From Lama guanicoe (taxonomy: Eukaryota), in contig MU054212.1 of NCBI GenBank assembly GCA_013239625.1, forward strand, positions 1,488,001 to 1,552,000: a stretch of DNA of 64,000 bases, in the 5' to 3' direction. Shown in pieces: positions 1-12,981 of the stretch (its first letter is position 1; each line of letters opens with the position of its first letter). A program made the position numbers and the translations under genes. Below the pieces are notes generated by a model. It was not told where the DNA came from, made no database searches, and saw nothing but the letters and a program-made list of their open reading frames with translations.

Positions 1-144
1 GGTGGTGAAACCTATGCCCTGTGGTTATTACTCAGTCACCTGGAGGAATTTTAGGTGGATTTTGTCCCTACACCCAAAGCCAAACACCCATGCAAGATGT
101 TGGATTATCTCAGTTTGTTCAATGAGAGGAATGGAAGTTAACTC

Positions 145-744
145 TGTTACCAAACTCAAGTTCAGCTACTCGAAAGCCAATACCCGAGAGATGAGTGTGG
201 GTTGGAAAGGAAAAGTTGCTTTATTCAGGAGGCTGGCAACCTGGGGAGAAGGCAGACTTGTGTCCGAAAAGCAACTCTGAGGATTCTGCTCAGACCATGA
301 AAGTTTTAAAGGGAAGATCATTTGAGAAGAGGATCAGAGTCTTTGTTATCTTCCACTGTGTGTAGACTGTCTTCTGATTGGTTGGTGGTGGAGTAATGGA
401 GTGGTGTTCCAGAAATCTGATGCTCAGCCTGAAGTCACCATCCTCCACCTGGGTGGGGGCCTTAATTCCTGTAGAATAACTCAAAGGTATTGTTATGTGT
501 ATTCCTTGAAGAGGAATCAGGACCCTACCCCAAGGCTGCACTGTTGTTTCCTGACTGTTCCTCCCTTTTCTTTGCACTCTCTCCCTTCCCTGATTAGCAA
601 TTGTTTGAATCTGCCCTTTGGAACTCTGGGAAGGTCGAGGAGGCTGAATGAAGCCTATTTCCTACAAATAAGAAATGAGGGGGGAGGTGGGTAGCACAGA
701 AAGGGTTTGTACATGGCAGGGCCCCATGGCGTCCTGCTGTTTCA
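145..744 (-). mobile_element. ERV1-class solo LTR
   Basis: Minus strand starts TGAAACAG and ends GGTAACA; AATAAAG poly(A) signal on minus (gctttatt ~218-225); perfect 4-bp TSD ACTC at 141-144 and 745-748. Confidence 0.85.
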
Positions 745-804
745 ACTCTAAGGAAAGGATTGAGGAAGGGGGTGTGTGTATTAACATTTGAGGATCTACC
801 ACGG

Positions 805-890
805 GCTTGAGACACTGGCTCAGAGAGGTAAAATAATTTACCTAAGGTCTCATGATTAGAAAGAGGTGAGCCAGGATTCAAATTCCAAAA
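805..890 (-). mobile_element. MIR SINE fragment
   Basis: actggctcagagaggtaaaataatttacctaaggtc...gagccaggattcaaa matches the MIR core. Confidence 0.7.
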
Positions 891-1965
891 GCCTACATAA
901 TGGTGCTTCTTTCTATACTTCAGTGACTGGAAGCTCTCTACTTACGGAGCAGGTTGTATAGACAGCTCACGTTTGTAACAATGACCTTATACTGACCTTC
1001 AGGCTCTTCAGAACATCTACCAGCAATCTTTGTCTTGACAGCTCTTTGAAGTTTCCTCCTTAATCTGCTCCTGGCTGGTTTCTTCAACTCATTCTCAGAT
1101 GACACAGTATTCACTTTTAATCATCCTGATTATCTTTTTGCAGATGAACTCTAACCTTTCTTAGGTAGAAAGGAACCAAAAGCCAGAAGAATTCTCAAAA
1201 AGGGAGGCAAGCCCATCTGCTTTATGTTGGTTCCACCAGGACTAGGGAGTGTTGACCCCACCCTTGTCCATTTTGCTGCATGGAAACCCCTGGGGACAGG
1301 GGCTGCATGTGTCCATGAGCTATTGGACTCCAGCCCTGGTTTAGATGCTCAAGTTGAAACTATCGAGGCTGACATCACTTGCTTCTCTATGGCTATTTAT
1401 TAGCCATTTATTAGCCAGATATTTATTACACCACTTAAAGAAGAGACACTGAGAAGGGAGGGTAAGCTGAGAGAAGACCTGAAGTGATCAAATTCCCCAC
1501 CTTATTTCCTCTCCCTCTAATGAGTACGTGATGGGAGATTGTGACCAATTAGTCCCGGGACATCTCAAGAATATGGACTGTACCGTTTGCACTGTTAAAT
1601 AGTCATGGTGCGGATTAAATGATTAGGTCCCATTAGGTGTGGATTTATGAATAAATACGCAAAATACATAACACAAAGACAATTGAAAAGAAGGAAAATA
1701 GCATGTATGCAGTGAGGAAATGGATTTTCTCTCTCTCACACACTCAAAAAAATCTCTGTGGCTTCATGTGCATTATAAAACAATATCTTACCTTGTTTTG
1801 GGAAGAGCCTTTCCCATTTCTCTGAGTGTTTCAGCCAAATCCACACCTTTTCTTGGTGCTTTTACCCTTGAGCCTGTGACTCTTGAGCATCTAGTCTTGA
1901 AGAAGTTGATCTCGTCCTATATGTAGCGGTCAACACTTAGAAAGGGGATTTTGGCAAAGCTCTGA

Positions 1966-2367
1966 GTTATAGGTCAAATTTGTGCCCCTGTCTCTAGTTC
2001 ATATGTTTAAGCCCTAACCCCCAGTACTAAAGAATGTCATAGAATCTTAGGGGGTATGAAGTTAAAATGAGGTCATTAGGTTGGGCTTTAATCCAATATG
2101 ACGGTGTCCTTATAAGAAGAGGAGAGCAGGACACACACACATGTAGAGAAAAGATGACGTGAAGACACAGGGAGAAGATGACCACCCACAAGCTGAGGAG
2201 TGAAGCCTGGAACAGATAGATCGTCCCTCACAGCCCCCAGAGGGACCGGCCCTGCCAACACCTCAATTTCAGACGTCTAGCCTCCAGAACTGTGAGACAA
2301 CACATTTCTGTTGTTTAAACCTCCCAGTTTATGGTATTTGTTAGAGCAGTCCAAGAGAATGAGTATA
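1966..2367 (+). mobile_element. MaLR LTR (MLT1A/B/C-like)
   Basis: Diagnostic blocks aaatgaggtcattagg, ggtgtccttataagaagagga, gcctccagaactgtgagaca...atttctgttgtttaa. Confidence 0.85.
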
Positions 2368-4534
2368 CCCCACTCAGAAATACATATGTGTGCCAGGTAA
2401 GAGGCAGGGAAAGGGAGAGAGGGATCCGTGTGGGAGAGTTTGATTATCTCACACTCTGTGTGGATATGATAGTGGCTCAGCTTGGGAGTGGAGTCTGGAT
2501 AATTGATAATGTCTCCTGCATGAGTCATTGCACTGAGTGTTAAGTTTATTTCAAATCTATAAAAATACCAATGATCAGCTCAAACTTAAAAATGAATCTA
2601 AAATGAGGTCATTTTCATTGTTTAAATTTATTTTTTCATTTGGAATATTGCAGTCCACAAAAGCATGGTGGAGATGCCAAAGGAAAAAATGTTTTTTCTT
2701 GGTGAGAATTTCAATTTATCTGGCCCTCCCGCACCCGATGGATGCCCCCACCCCCACCCCACCCCAGTTCGTTCACAGGCTGGCTGCCTAAAGGGAGCCC
2801 TAGGCCCTCTGAAAGCAGCCACCGTGAATTCCTTTGGGTGGGGATTTGGTCCGGCTGTTTTCATTCTGCTTTCTATTAATATGAACTGCCAGTATGTGTT
2901 ATGTCCAGACAACCACCTCATGGAAACCCAGAAAAAGCTGCAGAATAGAATGGAGGTAATCTCCTTGAAGTGGCTTGTCGGGGCTTCTGAGGTCAGTGTG
3001 GAGGAGCTGGACTCCACGGCGCCCCCGAGATCTGAGTGGGGTTGCGGGAGTGCCAGGGCGCCTGCCCCTGCCTGCCTCTGTGCACACTTGGAAATCACAA
3101 AAAGCTTTTCTGTGCACAGCAGCCTGTGAATTGGCTTTCATCATTGCGCCAAAGACCTGGCACTCTTAGCTAATAAAGGACATGAACATCAATCCCGAGG
3201 GAGAAGACTCCAGTTCCAGAATGTCCCTTTGTCCAGAAACAGCTGTGTGGAATTCAAGACTATACAAGGATGTAAAGATCATAGGATCTCTTTCTTTCAT
3301 TGTCTACTTGTTCGTCTGGGCACCACACTGCGCTTCTGCCATCCGCTGAGCTGCCCACCACAGTGAAGACGTGAGGCTGTAGGTTAAAGATTTATTCTTT
3401 TCTCCGGAGTCTCCAATTGGTCGTTAACCCTCTCCTTACCTTTCTGTGATTAAAAATTTTTTATTAATATTTTTTGGAAATATATATACCAAAGAGTATA
3501 TAAATCACATATGGATAATTGAAAGAGCAATAAATCAAACAGCACCCATGCACCCATCTCTAATTTCAAAAATAAATGCTTTCTTCTTTCAGGGATATTA
3601 TAGTAACGTTAGTGAAATCTTATGTCTGGTTGGGATACTATTTTTTGACATGGCTGCATTATCTAGTCAAGGCTCTGAGGATATTAGGGACTGAGAATAA
3701 TTAATGTGGGTGTTGGGATATGGCCTCCCACTGGTGTACCAAATATTAGCAAACAAAGAAATCACTGCTGCAAATCTCTTTGTTAGTTGCATGAATACAT
3801 GTAGCCCAATTAAAAAAAATCTCTGTAAGAATGTAACTCTGTAGATTAAGATTCATCCATCCACCCATCTATCCAATATTTAATTTATTTGTAATTCATT
3901 AATCAAATGTCTATTGCATGCCTGCTATCTACTAGGCACTCAATAAATGGACCCAGCAGGAGTGGGGTGAGGATGGGAAAAAGGGCCAGGAGCAGAGCTG
4001 TCTTTCAATCTGCTTTCTTCCCCCAAGTCAAAGATCCTTGGCACTTTTCTCATGGACATGAGAAATTATGACTTTGTCTTCTTGGGCAGATTATAAGTCT
4101 CATACTACAAAGTTTGCTATATCACTTCTTGGCTCTAACCAATTAGGAAGGTTTGTCTTAGAGTCTCAGCTCCTCAACCTCCTCTCCTGCATACTCTTCA
4201 ATGTAGTACAGCCTGAAAAGGACCTTCATCCACATTGTGCCTAGATGTATCCCGGTGCCGTCTCTGAGGGCAGCACAAAGCCATGGTGGAGGAGGAGATC
4301 CACTTCCAGCTGGGCCTGATCAGGGAATTGTATGAACACAGGTGACTCTATGGGTGACAGTTCTGGGGAATGAGATAACCAGCAGATCTTCTGCCCGTGG
4401 AAGCTGGTGATGGGACTGGGTACAGCCTGTGGGGCAAGGAGAGCGGGAGTGGGCTGAATAGAATGAGCTCAGGTTTCCCTAGTTTACTGGTCCTCTTTGA
4501 GGGAAAAAAGGATGGGACCATGTGCATTGATGTA

Positions 4535-4710
4535 TGTATTGTGTATCAGGCCCAGTGCTAGGTGTGATATAATTTCACCTTCACAAAATCTCCCTAGGTA
4601 GCTCTTCTTCCTATTTTCAGAAGACGAAACACATTCTGAGAAGTTAAAGTCGTGCCCAAGGCTTCACAGCCCAAAAGTGATGGGCCTGTTGTTTAAACCC
4701 ACTCCTCGTT
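4535..4710 (-). mobile_element. MIR SINE
   Basis: cctattttcagaagacgaaacacattctgagaagttaaagtcgtgcccaagg resembles the MIR core. Confidence 0.6.
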
Positions 4711-5958
4711 CACAGTACTGCTTAGCCTCATTTAGGGGTTGACAGCCCTTGATAGCACTGTCCCAGAAAGTGCTAGGCCAAGTCGTCCTGTTCAACACGA
4801 TGCGTGGCTGCCTCAGAGGTGCCTGCCGCCCCCGGGAGTACTCATGATTCTCCGCTGCTTAGGCCTGGGGCAGGGAGCAGGCTAGTTCGGGACAGAATGG
4901 CAGACTGGTCAAGTCCTCCATTTTCTCCCCTTTGAGGGGTCTGTTGCCCTCGAAGAGTGGGGAGTCTATGAACTTGAGATGGTGCCCCAGCTCTCTAGCC
5001 ATCTCTGAGATGTCAGGCAAGACTCCATGTCCTAATCTGTAAAGATGGGATCAGTGGGGTCTCCCATACATGAGAAGCAGTGGTTCTAGCTGTAAAGCCC
5101 GGCGCGCAGAGCAGAGACTCACCACATGGGATGGGGCTCACTTTCTTCTACCTTCATCCCCCACTGCATTGCTTCACGATCTTGTCCCTCCCTTCCCACG
5201 TTAGCATTTCTGCCCATGCCTGCCTCTTCGTGTCTCTCCCTGAGCTTGCTTATTCTTCCTAAGGCATCTGTGACAGTTTACAGTGGAATGGGTAGCTCCC
5301 TTCAGGAATATCATTACATTTTAAAAGGAATATTCTAGAAATAATAACAGACCAAAGAATGACCCTCTCATAGTGACATTTATGGCAGAATGGTTTAGTG
5401 AAGAAGACATTTGTGGGCAGATGGACCTTTACTGGTTCCTGAGGTCTTGGTGATGTGCCCTGATGCTGAGCCAGTACAGGACCATCCTGTCCTCTGTCCT
5501 TGGCTCCACGTGTGAGAATGTTGATGAAAGTTGGAGAAACATATAACCAAGGAACCATTTAAAATCTGGAGCCCATTTACCCTGCTCTTATAGTCTCTCT
5601 GTTATTGTATTTACTGTATGGTGTGTATGTATTGTGTGTATCTGTCATTGTATTACCAGAAGGCATCAGACAGTGATACAGCTGAAATCATCAAAGTAGA
5701 GGATTGCCAAAATGGGAGCTAATCTCTTGGTAAAATGTCATGTACTGAACGGTTGCTCATCTTGTAGCTAAATGCTCACTTTACCCCCACCTGACTGGTT
5801 ATTAGGGCCAAATTGCACTGCATGATCCTTTAGCAGTTACTGTGTTAGGGCACGTATTGACAGATCTCCAAAAGTGTACATCTGAGTATGAGACTAACCA
5901 ATCTTTAAACCCATGGACTCCAGATCAATTTCTTTTAACTAGTAAGCAGATAATGAGT

Positions 5959-5966
5959 TTTGTGTG

Positions 5967-5997
<31 letters not shown>

Positions 5998-6002
5998 ATG
6001 TG
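5959..6002. repeat. (TG)n microsatellite
   Basis: Directly visible, one interruption. Confidence 0.95.
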
Positions 6003-6049
6003 TAATCATGAAAGAAACACAAATGCGTGGAATTGCTTTGGGGAATTAA

Positions 6050-6118
6050 TCACACATGCACAAGCATGCGCATGCGCACAAACACACACACCCACACACA
6101 CATACACACCCACACACA
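6050..6118. repeat. Imperfect (CA)n / alternating purine-pyrimidine tract
   Basis: Directly visible. Confidence 0.85.
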
Positions 6119-6159
6119 AAATGCTGTTAAAGGTTACAATCTCTGACTTTTCATGATAG

Positions 6160-6325
6160 AGAGTCTTAAAATTGACTGGGACTTTAGTGATTATCTAGTC
6201 TAAATTCTTCACTTTATAGTAAAGAGACTGAGGTTCGGAGAGGGGAAGGGGAGCCTGACTTTGCTCAACTGGTTATGAAAGAGTCAGGGTAAGAAGTCAG
6301 GTCTTCTTATTCCTTGCCCAGTGGC
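6160..6325 (-). mobile_element. MIR/MIR3 SINE
   Basis: gggactttagtgattatctagtctaaattcttcactttatag...agactgaggttcggagagggg. Confidence 0.65.
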
Positions 6326-6429
6326 ACTCAAGTTTGGAGTATGTCCTTTCTCTCGTCCTTCCCTCCTCCCTGTTTCCCTCCTTCCCTCCCTCCCAAGTTC
6401 AGATTCAGTTTTCTTGCATTCTTCTACTA

Positions 6430-6692
6430 GCCACATGCCTGACTCCCTCAGTTTCTTCAGGTCTCTACTCAGCTGTCACCAGATGAGTCAGGTCTTTCCT
6501 GAGCACCCAATGCAGAGTTGCACCCCGACTTCTCCATGGCACTTACTCCCATCTTACTTTATTGCCTGACTGCTCCAACTAGAATGGAAGTGTTATGGGA
6601 GGAAGGGCTTTGTTTTATTCACTGCAAAATATGCAACACCTGCAGCAGTGCCTGGTGCACAGTAGGTGCTCAGTACACATCTATTGAATGAC
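6430..6692 (+). mobile_element. L2 LINE 3' end
   Basis: actagaatggaag...gcagtgcctggtgcacagtaggtgctcagtacacatctattgaatga, the L2 3' terminus. Confidence 0.8.
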
Positions 6693-8329
6693 AGGATGAG
6701 CATCTACTAGTGAGAGGCAGAGGCTGCAGAAACGAGAGTGAGCAAAACGCGTCTTCGCCTGCCCTCGTGGAGCACTCAGCTTCGTGGAGGAGGAACATCA
6801 TATCTGGGGTAAATTCTACGAAAGGCATTCTAGGGGGCCACCTGCGTGCAAAACAAAGGGTCTCGACTTGGTCTGAGAGGCTTATGACAATTGTGGGAAG
6901 GGACCACTCTTACACTATGTATCATCATTTCTGAATCTGGCTTACAGAATATGTTCACCCCCAGAATTGTCAGATGAACTCGATGTGGTTGCTGTGGGGT
7001 TTAGTGTCTGAATAGATTGTGCCTGGTTAAGAGTTTAGTGTAGGGCTAATCCGCTAGATAAGACTGTGTAGAGATACAGATCATTGTGCCTATCTTAAGC
7101 ATGGGAATCTGCATGCCGTCTGCAGAATGATATTTGAATGAATTTATTCTGAAGGGAAGGTGGCACCATATTGATGTCTCCCTGGGGAAATTCATAGTTG
7201 GGAGAGGAGACCAGTCAGCTCCCAGAGTGGCCACATGATGTCGCTGTTGCTTAAAAATGTAGAGGAACAAAAACCCATCTTTTGTGAGGACCAGTTTATG
7301 AAGTTTTTCAGAAAGGTGGGAAACTGTTCCAAGAAGAGGAACACTTATACGTAAAAGACGTATAAGACATTTCGAAACATAAAAATACCTGGCCTATCTG
7401 CCAAGGTCACTTATATTTATTTATTTATGTTTATATTATTATTATTTTTAACTTTATGCAACAATATCAAATCTATCTCAGTCATACTGAGTGATTTATT
7501 CCGAAGTCAGAGCACCCGTATGTCTGATACCTTACATGTCCTTGAAACATTATAAAACCCAGAAGAATAAAGGTGATGTGCTGTGAATGGAGGCATACAA
7601 TCACCTCAGCTTTCTGTACCTGAGGTCACCTCTAAAAATAGCCACCTATTAACATGGGTTACATTTCTCTGCATTTCCCAAATGAATGTGGTTTATTTAA
7701 AATTTGTCCATTGTCTATTTTTGTTAACTTTCTCATTATTCTTCCTTTGTGTCTCTTATTTGTATCATTTCTTTTATCATTTCATTGATTTATTTTGTTC
7801 TTTTTTTTTTTTTAAGTTCATTCATTCCTCAAACATTTACTGGGTGTCCCTGTTGTGTGTGAGACCTTGTTCCAGGTATCACAGAAGACAGAAAGTAGGT
7901 GAGCATATCATCTCCATATTCCAGGCTCTTACAATCTTGTAAGGTGGCAGGACCAGCTCACAAAAAATAATAAGCTGGATGGTTCATGCATGTCTTCCTA
8001 CGCCTCAGACCTTGTGCTGAGCTCTTTACCTGTATCAAATTTAAATCTCATGAAGCCTATTGTTAACCTGATTTTACAGGTGGGAAAACTGAGGTGTAGG
8101 GAGGTTCAATATGCCTAAAGCTAAATGTGCTGGAGCTGAGATTTGAATCCTGGTACATTTCTTCACAGAGTCCAAGCTATGCTTTACAGACTTTTAGTAA
8201 TATTAGGGAAGATGAGGTAGATATTTTAAAAAACAGAGATTCGAAGTACTATGGGAATTCCTATCTGGAGAGGTTCCATAAAAGAAGTGGCATTTGAGAT
8301 TGGCTTTGAAGGATGAATAAGATTTCCCC

Positions 8330-8660
8330 AGTGAGAGGAGAAGGGAAGGTCAACCAAACGCAGGTTGAGTTTCTACTCCTGATATGTTTATAAGATAAAC
8401 TGGCAGGTGGTCTTGGTTCCACAGATAGACTCAGAGATCCAGGCTGAAGGGCCTCTGTCTGTAGCTGCATCCTCTGGAACATGAGAGGAAGAGAGACTTT
8501 TGCATGAGGGTTTTATTCTGTGTGCCTGGATATGATTCATATCACTGCTCATGTTTCATTGGCCAGAACCAGCTATGTGGTCCCGCTTAACCACAAGAGG
8601 TCTGGGAAATACAGAGAAGAGATGGAATATTGGTGAATATTCTCTCTTCCCTATTATTGT
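8330..8660 (-). mobile_element. Old MaLR LTR fragment (MLT1J/K/L-like)
   Basis: tcactgctcatgtttcattggccagaaccagctatgtggtccc...aagaggtctgggaaat. Confidence 0.55.
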
Positions 8661-10454
8661 GCTGCCTCCCTGGAAGTAGGGGTGACATGCATTGTTATTC
8701 AGATTTTACCAGTGGAGAGACTTGGACACAGAAAGATGAATGGACTCCCTCAAGATTACATGGTCACCTTGGTCACAGCTACCAAGAGTGGGTGGAATAC
8801 TGACATGACTTTAAGAGCCCCTTCTCTCCTTTCCCATGCCTTTCTTTCCTCCCAGGATTGGTTGAAAGAGGTAGGAATTCTATAATTTCAAATGCGTTTC
8901 TTTGGCATAATTCTGGTGTTCTTTGAAAATTAAAATAGCCTTAGAGAAATGCCCTTTCATCCTGAACCACAGGTTCAAGTCTCTTTTGGAATATGATGGG
9001 GTGTGGGTGGAGTTTTCTAGTACAAATAAAGAAACAAATAGCAAGCAAATAAGATTTAAAAATGACACTCATTTTCATCTCAAGCTTGATGTTTCTCAAC
9101 CTTTTCCAGTGGAAGATCAATTCATAGGAGGGCAGATTTCTCTCACCTACCAGGTGTACCTCTGTACAAGCCTATCAACAGTGCTGTGAAAAACAGTCCA
9201 ACGACTGACCCATTGTTGTCTGCGGTGCATGGAGCATTTGCTTGTTTCAAGTGACATCCTAGGTAACTCTCTTCCAAACAGCAAGGCGCTTACCCATGTG
9301 GAAAAAAAAAATGAAAGGAACAGCCAGATTTGGTTACTGTCGGAGCCACATGATTCAGAGATATCCTTGATAATGACAGTTGCACAGCTGGATAATTAAT
9401 CAAAGTATGAGGAGAATATAGAGCACTCTAATGCACACAGCTCCATCCAGTCTCCACGGGATCGGGCCATCATCTGTTTATTCTCCTTTGGAATGGCTTG
9501 AGATTATTCAATTATTCAATAGCTTCCCTCCTTGCTGTGATGGGATGTATGGTTTTTAATTGGCACCAGGGTCTTTCGGTTCCTGTGAACTTTGCTAGTT
9601 GCTCTTGTGATTCCAGTCCCTGGAAGCCTGAATGTTTATCTTCATCTAGAGTTGGGCCCAAACAATGCACCTGGAGGCACTGATCAGCTTTTAAAAAAGC
9701 GGTTCTTGCCAAGCAATTGGTGGCAAGATCATGACAAAAATCTGATTTCAGTCTTGCACTTTTCCTTCTAATCTGAGCTTTTCTTGGCATAGAATATAGG
9801 ATTAAAAATAATTATATTTAACATGAATTTTCTCTGCCATTATGGTTAATTAATTTTGTAAATGTTATCTTTTCCTAAGGAGAAATTTTTAGGTTTTAAG
9901 TAAACTGCTGCATAAATATTTGCCCATGATGGTATTTCTTGAAAGGGTTTCCTGAAAAAGTAATTTAGTATTTCTAATACATAAAAATGATGTTTTTTCC
10001 AAACTTTGGAGAGGGATTATTATGACTGTCTGTTCAGAGACATTTATTAAGAAGTAGATTACCACCTATTTTAGGGCCTTTGAATACAAAGCTACAATGA
10101 AATCTCATTAAGTGGATTGCTTTCACTGTTCTCTCTCTAAATTTTTGCCCTCTTTAGTGGAATTTTTCTCCTTGAGATGCAAATCCTTCCAACTTTCTGT
10201 ATTAACTCAAAATGTTCTTTCCAGCTCAGTCCCTGTATCACTCGGTCAGACTATATTCCTAACACTTTCATGCTAATACTTTGCATTGCCTCTCTGCCTG
10301 ATCATTTCAAGAGTAATAACTTATCACAAGTCCAACAACTTGCTCTGGTGTTCAATGCCCTCTTTAACCTGAACTCACAAATGACCCTGCCTTTTTTTCT
10401 TGCTACTTCTTGACAAACACCTTTTCAGTTGATCTCCTTAATCTCTTTGTAAGT

Positions 10455-10615
10455 GCCTTGTCATCAACGTGAGGTTCCCAGAACAGCAGCATCAGTGCCA
10501 CCTGGGAGCTCGTTAGCATCCAGAATCTCAGGAACCACCCAGCTCAGCTGATGAGAAGCTGCAATTGGACAATTCCTGGGTGATTCCCGAGAACACTCTC
10601 TTTTGAGAAGCCCTG
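10455..10615. mobile_element. MER5A-like hAT-Charlie MITE
   Basis: cagcagcatcagtgccacctgggagctcgttag...agaatctcagg...ttgagaagccctg. Confidence 0.75.
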
Positions 10616-11444
10616 CCTCACCACCTGTGGCCACATTCTAGCCTCCATGCCTTTGCTGATACTGTTCCCTCTGCCTGAAATACCATCCCTCCTCCCTCTA
10701 CTTGGGTCAATTTTTATTCCTCTTTTGGGGGCTAGTTAGTTGAAATTTCTTACTTTAGAGTTAGTTTTTGAAAGATAAGACAAAAATCACACAGAGTCAA
10801 AAGTATCCTTGAAAACATGTTAAGTTGCCCACTAGACGTAGCACAGGTGTCTTAGGGTATCTTCATGCTGTCTGTCAACACATCTGCCTATGGTCACAGT
10901 TCCCTCCCTGTCAGACACATTGCTTTTCTTTGGTTGAATACCAGATATACTGAGTGGTCTGTGCTTAGAGGTCACATTGTACAGAGAATATGTCTCCCCC
11001 AGCTCCGAGTGTACATACTTGAATTTGCACAAGTTAAAAGAAACATGTAAGAAGTAACTCCCCTGCAGTCAGTGGGAACAAGTTGTTCCCACTTGTGTTT
11101 TTATTGCCTTGTTGAGTTGGATCTGGTCTGAGCAAACATGAGCTCTTGGGACTATTTAGAAAAATATGTTTTGGGTTCTTCTGTATTAATTGTGAATCAT
11201 TTTCTTTGCATTAAGGAAAGAAATACAAATATTCAATGCATTAAAAAAAACAAGAAAAATGTTTTCTAATTTACCATGAAGCTTATTTGGAATGGGAAAG
11301 AATCTATATATAGTAGGGAAACAAAACAAGAAGAAAGAGAAGGAAAAAGAGGAGAAAATAGAGGAGGGGGAAAAGAAAAAAATAAAAACTCCACATAAAG
11401 TTGAAAGAGTAGAATAAAGACATTTTAGATAGGTTAATGTTGCC

Positions 11445-11880
11445 TGTTATGGAGTGAATTTTGTCCACTCAAAAGTCCTATGTTGAAGTTCTAACCCCAA
11501 ATGTGACTATGTTTAGAAACAGAACTCTTAAGGAGGTAATTAAGTTTAAATCAAGTCATGAGAGAGGGGCCCTAATCCGATAGGACTAGTGTCCTTATAA
11601 GAAGAGGAAGAGACCACAGATTAATCAATACCTTTCTCCCTCTCCCTCCCCACCCCACCTCCCTCTCTTCATCTCACAGAGGAAAGGCCATGTGAGGAAA
11701 CAACAAGAAGTTCTCAGCAGCCACCTGCAAGCCAGGAAGAGAGGTCTCAGTAGAAATCAACCCTGCTGGCGCGTTGATCTTGGACTTCCAGCCTACAGAA
11801 CCGTAAGAAAATACATTTCTGTTGTTCAAGCCATTCAGTGTGTGGTACTTTGTTATGGCAGTCCAGAGCTGCCTAAGACA
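11445..11880 (+). mobile_element. MaLR LTR (MLT1A-like)
   Basis: TG...CA ends (tgttatggagtgaatt...ctaagaca); gccctaatccgataggactagtgtccttataagaagagg; atcttggacttccagcct. Confidence 0.9.
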
Positions 11881-12981
11881 TCACTTAACTAAGATCTCTG
11901 TCCTGAAGACAGAATGGATTGATGTTTTAACCCGAGGTCTCATTATTTTGGCTGTGATAAAGGTACAACTGCAGTATTATAATTTATCATGCAGCTACTG
12001 GTCTGTCTATCTCAGCAGTTGCTTCCTGCTTGATAACACTTGTGAGCTGAATAGAATACAACTACTTATTTATTCTTATAACTGTTTTGATTCTAATTAG
12101 CTGCCATCTCCAAATACTTACCAATGCACTGAGGGTTTTCAAGTGGATTGAACTACCTAAGTCCTGAAAAAAGGTGATACTGAAACTGAAATCCATCGTT
12201 TGCTCTGGTAATGATGTTATTGTAGCAGAAGTATGGTGGGAACCTTAAATAGTTGTAGTTTTACTTCTTTAGCTAATAAAACATTCTTCTGGTAAATTAG
12301 AGCAGTACGGGTGGGAAGTCCCCTCCCATAATATAGCCTTCCCATTGAGCTGTTAAGTTCAAAGCTTACATCCCCTTTCTCCTTTAATGAAGGAAAAAAA
12401 GACCATAGGAGGTAAAATTCGAAGTGCTAAAACTGAAATGTAAGATAAGCGGAGAATGTGAACACTAATGTGTTCCTCCTCTAATGAGGAGTCGTGTCTG
12501 GCTTTCAGGATTAACGATGAGAAGTGGCCGTCTAAGGAACTTTTGTGAGCTTATGTTTGGCGCGTGTACCTGTTAATGTTGTGTATCTCACGGTAATCTG
12601 CGTCTGATATCCATGGTTCTCAAAGGGCTGCACAAACATTTCATTAGTGTTATTTGATGGTAAGGTTAGGATGCTGTAGGGAATTTATAGAGTGGGAGGT
12701 CTTGGATTCATTCTCTCTAAATTATATCTTGTTTCTTAGTTTGAAATGTGTCCAGGTAGCCATACTGCAAGGGGAAAATCACTTAAAGTGTATAAATGAA
12801 TATGTTTGTTAAGTGTAACATTTCACTACCCTCTGCTTCTGGCATTAAAAAATTGAAGGCTCCAGACTTTAGTATTTTCAAAAGTATCAGTCTTTTTGGG
12901 GCCACATGATGGAGTGGAGTGAGGTTTTTGTAAATCAGAAAGTTGACGTTTTAATTCTGTTTCTACTTCTGACTACTTGTG

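Noticed and set aside
2558..2570. TATAAAAATACCA shared with ~38510-38522
   Set aside because: A short AT-rich match with no convincing extension; likely chance.
2628..3129. Overlapping 154-156 aa ORFs in a GC-rich patch, with a possible GAG|GTAATC donor at ~2955
   Set aside because: No recognisable protein, ORFs on both strands as expected for GC-rich DNA, weak acceptor, and too few CpGs for a CpG island.
12461..12651. 10-bp inverted repeat AACACTAATG / CATTAGTGTT
   Set aside because: Does not extend; expected by chance in a window of this size.
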